Below, one piece after another: positions 1 through 12,428 of a stretch of 64,000 nt of DNA. The notes under the pieces are model-generated. The model was not told the origin of the DNA. It did no database searches and saw only the letters and a program-made list of their open reading frames with translations. Each line of letters starts with the position of its first letter. The first letter of the stretch is position 1. This DNA comes from Amoebidium appalachense (lineage: Eukaryota; Protista; Ichthyosporea): assembly GCA_963693365.1 (NCBI GenBank), contig CAVNZM010000017.1:721989-785988 (forward strand). The letters are read 5' to 3'. Both the position numbers and the translations under genes were made by a program.

Positions 1-226
1 ATCCACGTGGACCAGAGGGACTATGTGGTCCGCACCCTCAGAGAGGTGAGTGTGCTATTTTGGGCACCTTGGGCTAAAAATAGACACCTTATACCCTGTG
101 ACTTTACTTCTTCATTCAGAAAAGAGAAGAATTTTGTTTCTGGTACCAGGAGAGTGCATTGTTGTCTTTCTGGAAACAATGTGTGGCCTGTTTTCTTTTG
201 TTGTTGTGTGCAGATGTTTTTTTTTT

Positions 227-280
<54 letters not shown>

Positions 281-652
281 GGGGGTTAGGCGATTGTTTC
301 TGTGTGTTTGTGTGTGTGGATGTGAAGGTATATGGGGTTTGGGAGAATGTATGCGCGCAAATGGATGGGCGGACGGGAAGGAGGGGAGGGGGAGGGGGGA
401 GGGGTCTTTTTCGATTTTTTATTGGGAGCGTTTTGGGTTTGGGTGTGTGTGCTTGAATACAAAATCACGGGGACGCGGGGAAAGGGGGGGGGGGGGGAGA
501 GGGGGGGGGGGGCTTCCCTTTCTTGTTCTCGTAGTGAACAGTTTGTGTTAGTGTTTGTGTGTACATTGTGTGTGCGTGTGCGTGTGCGCACGCGTCTGTG
601 CGTGTGTGTGTGCGTGCGTGCATGCATGGGTTTGGGTTTTTATTTCTATTTA

Positions 653-691
<39 letters not shown>

Positions 692-839
692 AAAGTTACC
701 TCCTGTGTGTGCTGACGTGTTTTGGCCTACTGCACAGGCACGAAGGAAAGGCAACCAAGAGGAGATAGTGTCTCTGGAGGCAGCCCTGATGGATCTAAAC
801 AGTCCATTAGAGAGTCTGGGGGTGGACTCGCGTAGATAG
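1..839 (+). CDS. 3' end of a gene encoding a Rabenosyn-5/Vac1(Pep7)-like C-terminal Rab-binding helical hairpin (last two exons 1-45 and 738-839; 5' part outside window)
   Basis: GAG|gtgagt donor at 46, gctgac branch at ~711, cag| acceptor at 737, phase 0. Spliced peptide IHVDQRDYVVRTLRE-ARRKGNQEEIVSLEAALMDLNSPLESLGVDSRR* fits the Rbsn pattern Q...i...i.qAr..gr.dEv..Le.nL.eL (from memory, not searched). Confidence 0.6.
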
Positions 840-1658
840 TGGTTCCTAACTAATTTTAAAAAAAATAAAGTGAGTTATTAAGGTTTACAGTGTGGGATTG
901 CCGGATGGTAGTTTAGTCCTTTAATTCTCTTTTTAATGTATGGAATGTAGGTCAAAATATCAGGATTAATTGTTCGGTTTCAATTGTGCCAGTGGACGTT
1001 GATACAACAAATGAATGTCAGCGGAGAAATGAAGTACAAGTATCTACTTTTAGAAAAGAAAATTCGATGTATGAATGCACGAGTTTGGGTCTCACTGTTG
1101 TAAACGATGTGCCGTTATGTATGTAGGGTAGAGGTGGTGGTGTGCCAATGAACGAGAGGAAAGGTAGAAAACAGTGGGTGGGTGTTGCGCTTGCCCACGA
1201 AATGTTCATATAAGCAAGAAACAGGTTTTCTATGTTAATTCTGCTCAGATTTACTATTATATATACATGTGCATGTAATTAAACCACCGGCAGCAATGGT
1301 CATGATGTTGGTGTTCATTGTTTCGTCACTGCATGTGTGCATGCATTTAGGGCCTCGAGGGAGCTCCGTGTTTTTTTTGTGTGTGTGTGTTTGTGTGTGT
1401 GTGTTTCCTTTGTTTGTTTTGGTGGTGGTGGTTTGCAAGGGGGGGGGGGGGGGGGGGGGGGGCATATCGGGTGTACATCCCATGGGTCACAGTTACGCAA
1501 ACCAGTTTTATGGTTGAATATGTATGTGCATGCCAACTTCAGTCAACCTTCGAGCTCCCCAGCAGCCCCCCCCCCCCCCCCCCCTGGCACCAACACACAC
1601 ACACACACACGCACACACACACACACACGCACGCACGCACGCACACAAACACGCACGT

Positions 1659-1701
<43 letters not shown>

Positions 1702-2244
1702 GGCTCTGTTCACTGCCTGGGTATCAAATGCCTATGCATAGGCTAGTATGAAAATTTTCAGGAGCTACTAGACATGTATGTGTATATTTTTTTATACTAT
1801 GCATATGGACATTATTGAGAAGTTTATCAAAGGAGACGCAATCGAGATGTGACTGATATCTCAGAAAAGAAAATGCAAAAAGCCTTACTCTCGGATATGG
1901 AGGAGATAACGACTAATTATAAGATAATCATATATCGAGAAAACTCGTTAAACATACGGTGATTTAACATAAAGCCAATAGAAGTAATATCAGGATTATC
2001 GAAAAAAGCCAGTCTTCTAAGTTAACAAAAACATCTATCTAGATGTTTACGAGAAAAAGGTTCAGTGCATATGTACATGTACACGTGCAAACGTGTCGGT
2101 ATACGTAGTGAAGGCTAACAATGTGGTCACCGTGGTGGACGTGGTTATTTTTATTTTATTTTTTTTTTGTGGCGGCAGGGGCAGTGGCGGTGGCGGTGGC
2201 GTGTGGGTGGTGTGTGTGTGTGTGTGTTTGTTGTTTGGGTGGGT

Positions 2245-2280
<36 letters not shown>

Positions 2281-2362
2281 GGAGATTATATATTCGGTGC
2301 TGGCTTAGTGCACGTTGCCCTATTTGTTTTGACTCAGGCCAGTACGTACCGGCACACAAACA

Positions 2363-2397
<35 letters not shown>

Positions 2398-2461
2398 CCC
2401 CCACGCATTGTGCACACTGCAGTGTGTGTGTACTGTGTGCGTGTGTGTGTTGTGGGGAGAA

Positions 2462-2497
<36 letters not shown>

Positions 2498-2660
2498 TAC
2501 CTGGTGTAGATCCCAGTTATGTAAATTTTAAGAGCGACGGTGTACGTGCGTGTATGTGAATGGTGGATGATCCGGGCTTGATGAGGTTTATAAATTTACC
2601 TATGTTTTTAATTTTTTTTTTTTTTTTTTTTTTGTGGTGTGTGTGGGGGGGGGGGGGGGG

Positions 2661-3156
2661 TTTGAATGCGTCAAAAAGTACGAAGTACACAAGAACAAAC
2701 GGATAACACGATGCAGAATGCAAGCCATACATAAAGAGTATGCAAAATAAGCAGAGCCCATCCTCAGGGGGGGCCCACGTCATCCACAGTACCCGAGTTT
2801 CGACCTATTCACCTCGCTAACGAAACCCAACTCAGATACTGTTTTACTTGAACATGGGTAGGTCACCCGTCTTGATCAGAGACGAGCAGGGTTGCTTATG
2901 CAGGCAAGGGCAGTGGGAAAGGCCGGGGGTTAAAGTTGCAGGAGTAAGCAGAAGCAAGAAAAATATAGATAGGAACTCAGGAGACGGGGCTTCTAGGAAG
3001 CTCCCCCGTCACCACCTAAGTCGATACTTCCCTGGCTAACATACTACACCAGCTGAAAAGAATTAAGTCCCGAAGGCCGCAGAATTCGCAATCAGAGGGG
3101 AAAATATGAGATTTGACCCACGCCGCAGGATAGTAACACGCTTACTAGGGCGGAAC
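2661..3156 (-). mobile_element. Interspersed repeat family A, long copy (retroposon-like)
   Basis: Near-identical to 58627-59156. Shares the fixed end ...gacgcattcaaa + poly(C) (minus strand) with all other copies. Confidence 0.75.
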
Positions 3157-3403
3157 GGCCCGGGTACCATATCAGGAGCGGGCAACTTTTGAATTCTCCC
3201 TCCTCGGCCCCGCCAGGGAAAATTTGAGGTTTTTGCACCTCAAAGAAGTCAAATCCTGCAAAATCCACTACCGGGAGGCCAAAAAGGGTGATTTCACAAA
3301 AAAGCAGGTGTTTTGGGGGATAGGCTGCGGGGGCGGGGCCGGAGGGAGGGGGGGATTGGTGTAGGTGTTTCCGGGGGGCGGGGAGGGGGGTGGTGTTGGG
3401 GAA

Positions 3404-3435
<32 letters not shown>

Positions 3436-4869
3436 ATATACGGGGTGAAACGAGGCCACTGCAGCAGGGTGGATAAGTGGCCTAGGGTCTGGATACACGG
3501 CACCACATCCAGCCCCAGCTGGTGCGCATACGTGTCTACCTCCTGTAGCTCGTGGCTGCTATAGCGCCCCCTCTGGTATCCAAACACACCCTCCCCTGAT
3601 ACCTCGTAGGTGTCCTGATAGGGAATTAAAGCGTGTGAGATGTATGATGGTGGTGGTGGGAGGGGGAGGGGGGGGGGGGGGGGGGATGAGGGAGGAGGAG
3701 GGGGGGGGGGGGGGGGGGGAGAGAGGCAGAGAAAGAGAGGGAGGTGTGTACCGGAGATGTTGGGATATGAAGTGTGAAGGGGAGGGATAATGAAGGAGGG
3801 GGGAGGGGGGGGGGGGGGGGGAGGGGGGGCAGCTTGAGCGGGAGAGAGTGGAAGGGGGAAAGAGGGAGTTGGTGGGGGAGGGGGGGAACGAGAGTGTGTG
3901 GGAAACAGCAGGAAAGAAAGAGGGAATAAGAAAGCGGGGTTGGGGGGAAATGGAAACGGGAGGGAGGGAGGGAAGGGGAGGTAGGCTAGAGAGAAAGAGA
4001 GCACGTGAGAGACAAAGTAAGAAAAAAGAGAAAGAAAGAAGAGACAGTGTGAGTGAGAGGTGAGTGATGCAGAGAGTAGGCACAAGTATGTGTTGGCGCC
4101 GCAAGGAATCCACCCCCTTTCTCTCCACCTTTACCAACTGTCTTACCCCCACAGCAAATCAGCACAAGCCCTACTCCAATTTACCATCTACGTTCACACC
4201 ACAAAAATGACCAAAAAAAAAAAAAAGGTAAGTTAGTGGTTAACGAGGGGATTATGCGGAAACCTCCAACCCCACCTCCTCCCCTCATAAACCTCTCCCC
4301 CTTCCCTCCCGTTTCATCTTCTCGCACCTACAAATAACAACACACGAGTAGAGGAACCAAAGAAAGATTTGACAAGCAGAGTGAGGTCAGTGCATTGTCT
4401 ATAAAAGGTGGGGGGGAAGGGGGAGGGGCAACAGGGGGGGACAGGGGGGAGGGAGGGAGGGAGGGGGGGGGGGGGGGGAGGAGGTTTTGAAGGAGATAAT
4501 CATTGTTTGTGTAGGGTTAGGGAGATTGGTTCTTCCCGCGAGGTTCAGAAAAAAAGCAGGAAGGGGAACGAGGTTTGGGCCGGCGGGGAGGGGGAGGGGG
4601 AGGGGGGAGGTGGGGGGGGAAGGGGGGGGGGGAGGGGGGGAGAGAGAGAGAAAGAGGGGAGAAGGGAAGGGAGGGAGGGGGGTGGGGGGGGGGGGTGAGT
4701 AATACTCGCTCACCTCCATGTAAAGTAGCAGCATGTTAATGCCCATTAAGGCACACCGCCGTAGAAAGTTCTTTAGACCTTCCACCTGCCAAACATGGTA
4801 AGTGGCCTCACTAAGGACCTCTTACCACAACCACTTGCAACCACCCCTGACCCCACCCCTCCCCCCCCT

Positions 4870-5015
<146 letters not shown>

Positions 5016-5575
5016 TTCCATTTACACACCACTACCCGTACCCTTGCTACTAAAGCCCCTGCCCCCCCCCTCCCCCCCCCCCCCCCCCTTCCGCCCTCTC
5101 TCCCTCCAAAGAGAACACGAAAAACAGAGAGTGAAAGAATGAAATAAAGAAAAGCGGAAGCACCCCAGAAAAAGAAAACCAGTGGATTTGTTAAACGAGA
5201 ACGTTTTGTCTGTGGTATTTTCAGGTTGGGACCCTCCAAAAGAAGGGGGAGAGGGATATACCACAAACATGTAGGTAGACGACAACAACAACAAAAAAAA
5301 AAAAAAAAAAAAAAAAAACAGAACCAAAACAATGCGCGCAGCAGACACTTGTACAAATCCGATCATCTGGGGGCGGGGAAGGGGGGAAGGGGAAGGTGGG
5401 TGGGTGGGGGGGGGGGGGGGGGGGGGGGGGGGATAGCTGTGTGTGTGTTGGGGGGGGGGGGGGGGGGGGAAGGGGCCACAGATACCGTCATAACGGCATT
5501 CCTGCTCAGATCGATCATACAGCCCACGGTGTCCATCTGACACATCTCCTCCTGCGGAGGGTCAAAGACCTGTAG

Positions 5576-5935
5576 ACCAATCAGAACAACGAACGCATAA
5601 TCATATATGGGCTATCTATGGCCCAATCAGAGCCAAAAAATTTAACTATCGATATCGATGAATTACATATTGCTCAATCGGAACAACGAACATACGACCA
5701 TCTATGCATTACCTTTAGCCCAACCTATCTTCAGCCCAATCAGAACCAAGCAAACATAGCCTTCAATAGGTATCTATGGCCCAATCAGGACAACGAACAT
5801 ATGACCATCTATGGGTTTTGTTGGCATGCAAATGGGATCAAAAACCTACGACCCATCAGAACCAAGAAATAACAACCATATCCAGCTCGATACCTCCCTA
5901 GCCCCACAGAGATCACTCACAGCCCAATCTGCAAA
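5576..5935. repeat. Degenerate intronic minisatellite (~45-70 bp units containing gcccaatcagaac...gaccatctat)
   Basis: ccaatcag-type core recurs at about 5577, 5622, 5674, 5735, 5781, 5853 and 5924. Confidence 0.75.
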
Positions 5936-6112
5936 CCATTCATATCCCCCCCCCCCCCCCCCCCCCCCCCCTAGAAATCCGGTGATGATGTTGTGCCTCT
6001 AACCCCTCCCCCCCCCCCCCCTTTCTCCTCGTCTTTAGGTTGTGTCATTTTTACGCAAGCAGAAACAAGACCATGCAGGTGTGCAGACGGCACACCCAGA
6101 GACCCCCCCTAA

Positions 6113-6298
<186 letters not shown>

Positions 6299-6496
6299 GT
6301 GGTGTCTCCTCATCTCTCTCCAGCTGTCCCAGGCAGCAGCCCAGGGCCCTAAATGCGGACACCTTCCTTTTCTAGATAACAGTCATAGAAGGGGGATGGC
6401 CGGAATTGGAAAGCAGATCGTCATCGGGGTAGCGGGGACTGGACGTGCTGTGGGGAGAAATTGATTATCGGAGAATTTTTTTGTTGGGGGGGGGGT

Positions 6497-6529
<33 letters not shown>

Positions 6530-7518
6530 AGGGGGAGGGTGGAAATGAGGCGACATCACAACAAGGAAAGTGCATGCTTGGTGAATTGATGAATGGCCGT
6601 GGGGCGGACGTTTCCTAACAAATCTTTGACGTTTCTTGGAGAGGAATTTTTTCCAGTTGATTGTGCAAAGAAGAACACAACTCTGAAGAGTTTTTCGTTA
6701 CATATATTCCCATAGAGAAAACAGCATGAACGATGCACAATATGCATTCATGATCGTCCATACAAAGAGCGGCATATGGTTCAAGGGTGTACTGGCCAAA
6801 GCACTAGTAATGATAGTGATAATAATAGTATTATTGTAGCTGATTGGCTGGATCAATAAGTAATAAGAATAAAAACAAAAAGACGCACACTTACACGCTA
6901 GACTCGGGGGATGAAAATGGGCTCCCCTGCACAATTCTGTACCCCCCAGAGCCGTGGGGGTCTCTTGAGTCACGGTGAAAATTGACGCATACACAGCCCG
7001 GCTCGGGGGAGAGGGAAAACTTCTCGGGGGTCTGTGAGTGGATGGGCGAGTAAGTGGTGTGGGTGTGCAATAAATAATTTTTATTTTTATTTTATTGTAT
7101 TCTTTATTTTTATTTTTTATTCCTTTTATTTTATTTCCATTTTTTGGGGGGGGGGGGAGGGGAGGGAGGGGGGGGGGGGGGGGGGGGAAGGTGGGTGGGT
7201 TGGTGCTAAGGAAACGGGTGACAAAAGGTGTGTTCGTGTTGTAGTTCAATATAGTAAACCTTAATCAAAAAAAGTGAAGAATAGAAGAGAAGAAGAGGTA
7301 AACAAAAATATGGGTGGGTGGGTAGGTAGGTGATTAGTCGAGATGGGGGTCTCTTTTCTTTTCTGTTTTTTTTTTTTTTATTCCTTTCCTTTTTTTTTTG
7401 TTTTTTTTTGTTTTTTTTTGGCCCCGGGGAAGGGGGGAGGGGGGGGGGGGGGGGGGGGGGGGGGTTCAACGAGCAGATGGAGGCTATTTTAACCGGGCAG
7501 TAACTTGGTGTTTAAGTG

Positions 7519-7586
<68 letters not shown>

Positions 7587-8846
7587 ACGTGCGGCATCTG
7601 TTTTTGGGTCGGTAAATATGCCCATGACTGGGTGTGTTGCATGTGTAAGTGGTTAGGTGGGTATGTAAAGGGTTGGCGGATCTTGCAGGGGTTGGGTAAG
7701 CAGATCTGCAAGTGGATGGGTGCATGTGGTGGGGGGGGGGGGGGGGGATTAGCAGTTGGGTGGGATCTGTGGTTGGGGGAGCAAGGTGGGCGGGAGACAA
7801 TGTGCCTGTGAAGGTGCAATTACGAGAAAGACAAAGGGGAGTATAGTAAGCTGACAGGGCAAGAACTGTAAGACAGAAAGGTTAGACCGACAAACGAGCG
7901 AGATCCACGATGTCCAATTGTTCACAAAAGCTCTCAGCGGTAGGAAGGAAAGAATTGAAGCCTCATGAGCAGGGCAACCATGAAAAACGAGCTTATCTTA
8001 TCGGCGTCATTAGCCATCGCTTAAGATTTTTCTTTCTGCCCCATTAACCCCCTCGGTTCCCCAAAACCTCGTGAGCATGCACCGTCGCCTCCCTCCCCCT
8101 CCCCCCCTCCCCCCGTCTCCCCAGCACCAAAAAAGCGTGTGTGCGCACACACACGCACGCGCACATGTACACACACACACGCACGCACGCACACAAACGC
8201 ACACCCACGCACACGCACACACATATCCACCAACACACACGCGCACATCCATCCACCCCACCCCCTTCCCCCCCTCCTACCCCCCCCCCCCCCCCCCCCT
8301 CCCCGGCCCCCCTCCCCCCCAGCCCCCTGCTCACCTTTTCTACCCCCTCGCCACTAGCCTCAGCCTTCGCCCTTCCTTCCTCTTGCTTCAAGTCTTCCAG
8401 CCCAAACCCTCGACCTCCTTTCTTCACCATTCTTGAAAAAGACAGGGAATCAACCAGCAGTGCTAATTCCATGAACTTGTGTTATCACTCCACCCACCTC
8501 CAGAAGGATCTCCTGCATGCCTGGCCTGAGCTCATCTGGCATATCGGCCAGGTAGATGGTGCTGAAGGACGGCATGGTGTAGCGTGCACAGCCACGGCCA
8601 CGCACGAAAAAAACCTTGAAGCACACACGCACGGACACGACACACAGACACACACAAACGCGCACTCCCGCGCACACGTCGCTCGAGGGGAAACCTTTTG
8701 TTTGGTCCAGCCTGATTCGAGTCCGGCTCGTGCCTCCTTTCTTTTTTTTTTTTTTTTTTTTTTTTTTGCCCCCTTCCCTTTTGAAAAAAAGGTTTTAACA
8801 TCCATTTGAGTGAATACCCCCAACCAGAATCATCAAGCTGGGCCCG

Positions 8847-8897
<51 letters not shown>

Positions 8898-8915
8898 ACA
8901 CACATACCTGTATAT

Positions 8916-8970
<55 letters not shown>

Positions 8971-9171
8971 AGGGCCGAAAATTCGCGCTTTTATTACATA
9001 TTTTGTATTTTCCTACAGGCTGGATGGTATTCTCCGGAAATTTTCCTATAAAGCGTCCATACCATGCACACCATCCATCTACGTATACCATGGTCGGAAA
9101 TGTACTGTAAGCTGCAGCTGTACCATGCAAAAAAAGTTTTCTTTTGACTGGATGTATAAGAAAAAATTTGG

Positions 9172-11379
9172 ATGGTATTTTTGAACCCTGACACAGACAC
9201 ACTGCAAGTGAGTGTCGGGTACCCATCTAAGCCCCCGGAGCGTGCTATCCCTTTAGCAAGGTATGTCCAAAGTCACACTTTGCGGTTCCCTCAAATATCC
9301 CATGCCCACAACACCGACTGGGGAGTGGCCTTTTGGCCATCAACCATGTCAAAACTCTCTCTCCCTCCTAACCTCTCTAGGTCATCTGACCACTCTCCTA
9401 TCCTTTTCCTACCTAAGATCTCCCTTGATCTGCTCCCCCCTCCCCCTCCCACCTTTCGCCTCCGTCTATCCCAGCTTAAGTCACAGTGGGGTAGAGTTGA
9501 TGTATGTGTATGCTATGCTACGAAACACCCTATATATATGCGCCTATTAGAATCTGCACAAGCCAGGCCAGATTCACATCTCGTACTAGATACATGCACT
9601 AACTTTATTGTTGATGATTTGATAGATCTCGGTGATTATGCTGGCGGTGGTAGGAAGGAATATCCCGATGCTCTCTTGTTACCAAACACCACTCCCGCTA
9701 GACTAGGTGAACCCCTGTCTCAAAATGAAAGCTTGCGCCGGCTTGCTAGTATGAATCGATTTGGCCCCCCTGCTCGTATTATTGGTGATACCACTGGAGA
9801 CCCCCTCATAGACTCTGATAAGTATTTCTCGGAACTGTTTAAAGATAGGACCCCCGCTCAGAAACCTATTGTGTGGCCTGTAGACCCATCTATCCCCATA
9901 GAATCGATCCTCCCCTTTTTCAGTCCCGATGCCATATGGTCTGTGATATCTAGTTATAGCTCTAGTAAGTCTTGTGGACCTGATGGACTCCCTGCTGGGT
10001 TTCTTAAAATCCTTGTTCCCTCCTACCCACAAAAGGAAAGTGATCGTGCTATTAAACCTGATCTTACTATCATGTTAAGCTCTCTCTTTTCTTGGTGTGT
10101 TAAATGTGGACATGTCCCGTCATCTTGGTTAGATACCTTAGTGATCCCCATAGTTAAGAAGGACTCTGAGGGCCCCATATCATCCTTTCGCCCCATTACA
10201 CTAACCCAGGTTGTTCGTAGATTCTTTGAAGCTTGCTTACTTAGGTTATTTGCACATCACCCTAGGTTTCAATCTATTCTTCACATACACCCATGCCAAT
10301 CCGCTTTTCGTAAAAACAATTCATGTTATGTTCAAATAATGGCACTGCACGATTCTATGCAAGTTGGTGCACAATATGTTGGCTTTATTGATTGGAAAAC
10401 TGCTTACGATTCTGTCTCCCCTGGTCTCCTATGGGAAAAGCTTGCTGCACGGGGTGTACCACACTGCATTGGTGTTCTGTTAGAAGCACTCTTGTCTCAA
10501 ACCTATGGTAGAGCTGTGGTTAATGGGCATCTTTCATATGGTTTTGCTCGTACTAGAGGTCTCTTGCAGGGTTCATTGCTTAGCCCCTTTTTGTTTAACC
10601 TATTTATAGATGATTTGGCTGTCAAGATTTACGCCGAAAACGATGACCCTATTAATAACTTTCCGCCTGCACTTCTCTATGCTGATGATCTGTCCCTCCT
10701 TGCCCGTACCCCTAGACGCCTGCAAAGATTGTTCGATGTAGTGTCAGAGTGGTGCAAGGCAAACCTTATGATCCTTAACATAGACAAATGTGGTGTTCTT
10801 GTACCTGATATAGCTAACAATTTACACACATTTACATTATCATCTAAACCTGTACCTATAGTTCCAGAATACAAATATCTTGGTGTTCCGGTTGATTCTG
10901 TTGGTGTTATGTTTCCCCATATGGTCGAAAAGAGGGTAGAGTTGGCTCGTAAGCGGTTAGCTTTCTTCTCGGCTAATATTTTTAAAGACACACCCCTCCA
11001 TCCTTCTATTAGACTTACATTTATTCGCACTTTTGTCTTCCCGGCATGTGAATATGGTTTACCCCTTCTCGCCGCTTGGATCAAGAAAGAGAGAACTAGA
11101 GCGCTTAAACCCTTGGCAAATTTCCTTGAAGCAGAAGTTGCCTCCTTTCTATCTAACAACTGTTGTAAACCTGGGCCTGTAACGCTCTCGATATATGGTC
11201 TGGTCCCAATAGCTGCTAGAGTATCCTATCTCGCGCTGAAATTCAATAAGCACATAAGCCGCTTAAAGAAGTATTTGCCCTCCCACCCTCTCTTCTCTAT
11301 CCGACCTGTCCCCTCCCTCACCTCTCCCCTCTTTCCTCCCCTCTCTCTCCCCTTCTCCCCTGGGCACAAATACAAATAA
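9172..11379 (+). CDS. LINE ORF2-like reverse transcriptase
   Basis: Motifs KSCGPDGLP, IPIVKK, FRPITL, QSAFR, FIDWKTAYDSV, GLLQGSLLSPFLFNLFIDDL, LLYADD, YKYLGV in an intronless 735-aa ORF. Confidence 0.95.
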   Translation: MVFLNPDTDTLQVSVGYPSKPPERAIPLARYVQSHTLRFPQISHAHNTDWGVAFWPSTMSKLSLPPNLSRSSDHSPILFLPKISLDLLPPPPPTFRLRLSQLKSQWGRVDVCVCYATKHPIYMRLLESAQARPDSHLVLDTCTNFIVDDLIDLGDYAGGGRKEYPDALLLPNTTPARLGEPLSQNESLRRLASMNRFGPPARIIGDTTGDPLIDSDKYFSELFKDRTPAQKPIVWPVDPSIPIESILPFFSPDAIWSVISSYSSSKSCGPDGLPAGFLKILVPSYPQKESDRAIKPDLTIMLSSLFSWCVKCGHVPSSWLDTLVIPIVKKDSEGPISSFRPITLTQVVRRFFEACLLRLFAHHPRFQSILHIHPCQSAFRKNNSCYVQIMALHDSMQVGAQYVGFIDWKTAYDSVSPGLLWEKLAARGVPHCIGVLLEALLSQTYGRAVVNGHLSYGFARTRGLLQGSLLSPFLFNLFIDDLAVKIYAENDDPINNFPPALLYADDLSLLARTPRRLQRLFDVVSEWCKANLMILNIDKCGVLVPDIANNLHTFTLSSKPVPIVPEYKYLGVPVDSVGVMFPHMVEKRVELARKRLAFFSANIFKDTPLHPSIRLTFIRTFVFPACEYGLPLLAAWIKKERTRALKPLANFLEAEVASFLSNNCCKPGPVTLSIYGLVPIAARVSYLALKFNKHISRLKKYLPSHPLFSIRPVPSLTSPLFPPLSLPFSPGHKYK

Positions 11380-11392
11380 ACCCCGCAATAGT

Positions 11393-11962
11393 GTGTGTGT
11401 GACTTTGGACTGCCACTTACTTATTAAACATGTACACAATCACAAGATAATCACGCAATATAACAAATGGAAAAAGATACCACACGACACTAGACCCGAT
11501 GAAAGCATACACCTTGAAAAACTAAGCCTTATGTCTCGTTTTATATATACTGACCGCCTCAACCATATTGCCAAATATGGCACTCGCAAGTGTATAACAC
11601 CTAAATACATATTACCTTCCTGTAGAACTGGTCTTTCTCTAGCTGATGGTATTATTGATCAATTACCACGCTTTTACTGTACACGTGCTATACAGTGGAG
11701 ATCTAATAAGTATAAGGTGGCATCATTTGCATGCCCAAACAACACACACACACACCAGTTTAACCGGTCATGTATCGCCAAATGTAGTTTGATAGACCAC
11801 ATAATACCGCAACACACACACGTCACATTCACAACAGACACCCAGAAAGATAGCCTACCTGTAAATTACAACATCCTTGATTTTATACTAAACACGCGTA
11901 ACTACGACCTGTTTATTAGATGTATTGATTGGCTTGAGAAACACATCACTACAAAATTATAG
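11393..11962 (+). CDS. Out-of-frame C-terminal continuation of the LINE ORF (Cys/His-containing tail)
   Basis: Complex-sequence ORF (IQWRSN...CPNN..HQFNRSCIAKC...ILDFILN) separated from the RT ORF by a CT-rich insert and a frame change. Confidence 0.65.
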   Translation: MCVTLDCHLLIKHVHNHKIITQYNKWKKIPHDTRPDESIHLEKLSLMSRFIYTDRLNHIAKYGTRKCITPKYILPSCRTGLSLADGIIDQLPRFYCTRAIQWRSNKYKVASFACPNNTHTHQFNRSCIAKCSLIDHIIPQHTHVTFTTDTQKDSLPVNYNILDFILNTRNYDLFIRCIDWLEKHITTKL

Positions 11963-11982
11963 CGCACGCGCACACACACACA

Positions 11983-12017
<35 letters not shown>

Positions 12018-12049
12018 CCAGCTGATACCGAGTGTCCCGAGGGGAGCCC

Positions 12050-12086
<37 letters not shown>

Positions 12087-12395
12087 GGGGAACCCCAACT
12101 AATTGATTTCTCCTTGTAGTCTTTATGGTGTCTCGTAGAGAAAGTAAACCCTGATATATAGTCACCACCCGACATCTATGTACGTGATCATGATATACCG
12201 CTGAGGGGATATTCCGAGCAAACCCCCCCCCCCCCATACCTGAGACTGGTTCTCTTTGCCTCGAGTAAACAGCGTAAACCCCGAGGGTATTTCAGAGGGT
12301 GTTAACGCAAAATTTGATCACCCTTGCCTCCCCCTTCTCGGTCTCGGACAGGAAAAGCATGTGTAGCCTAAAAAGCACCCCTCTGCTTTCCGCGT

Positions 12396-12428
<33 letters not shown>

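Larger units (their letters stand above)
8971..11962 (+). mobile_element. Non-LTR retrotransposon (LINE), 5'-truncated and degenerate
   Basis: Begins right after a poly(C) tract (8917-8970). Contains a possible APE-endonuclease remnant (SDHSP), a full RT domain and a C-terminal Cys/His region. The last stop codon is followed directly by (CA)n. Confidence 0.85.

Noticed and set aside
1703-1743. Possible orphan terminal exon [12 protein letters not shown] after (CA)n-cag
   Set aside because: Too short, and no upstream exon could be assigned with confidence.
5576-5935. CRISPR-like array (also considered for 40853-40993 and 48955-49085)
   Set aside because: No unique spacers, units are degenerate throughout, no cas genes, and the context is eukaryotic introns.
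6372-6374. TAG reassignment (alternative genetic code)
   Set aside because: TAG terminates the Rabenosyn-like, TRAF-like and UCH genes at the expected positions.
10677-11159. Antisense ORFs inside the RT gene (also 9703-10032)
   Set aside because: Shadows of the RT coding strand with no motifs.
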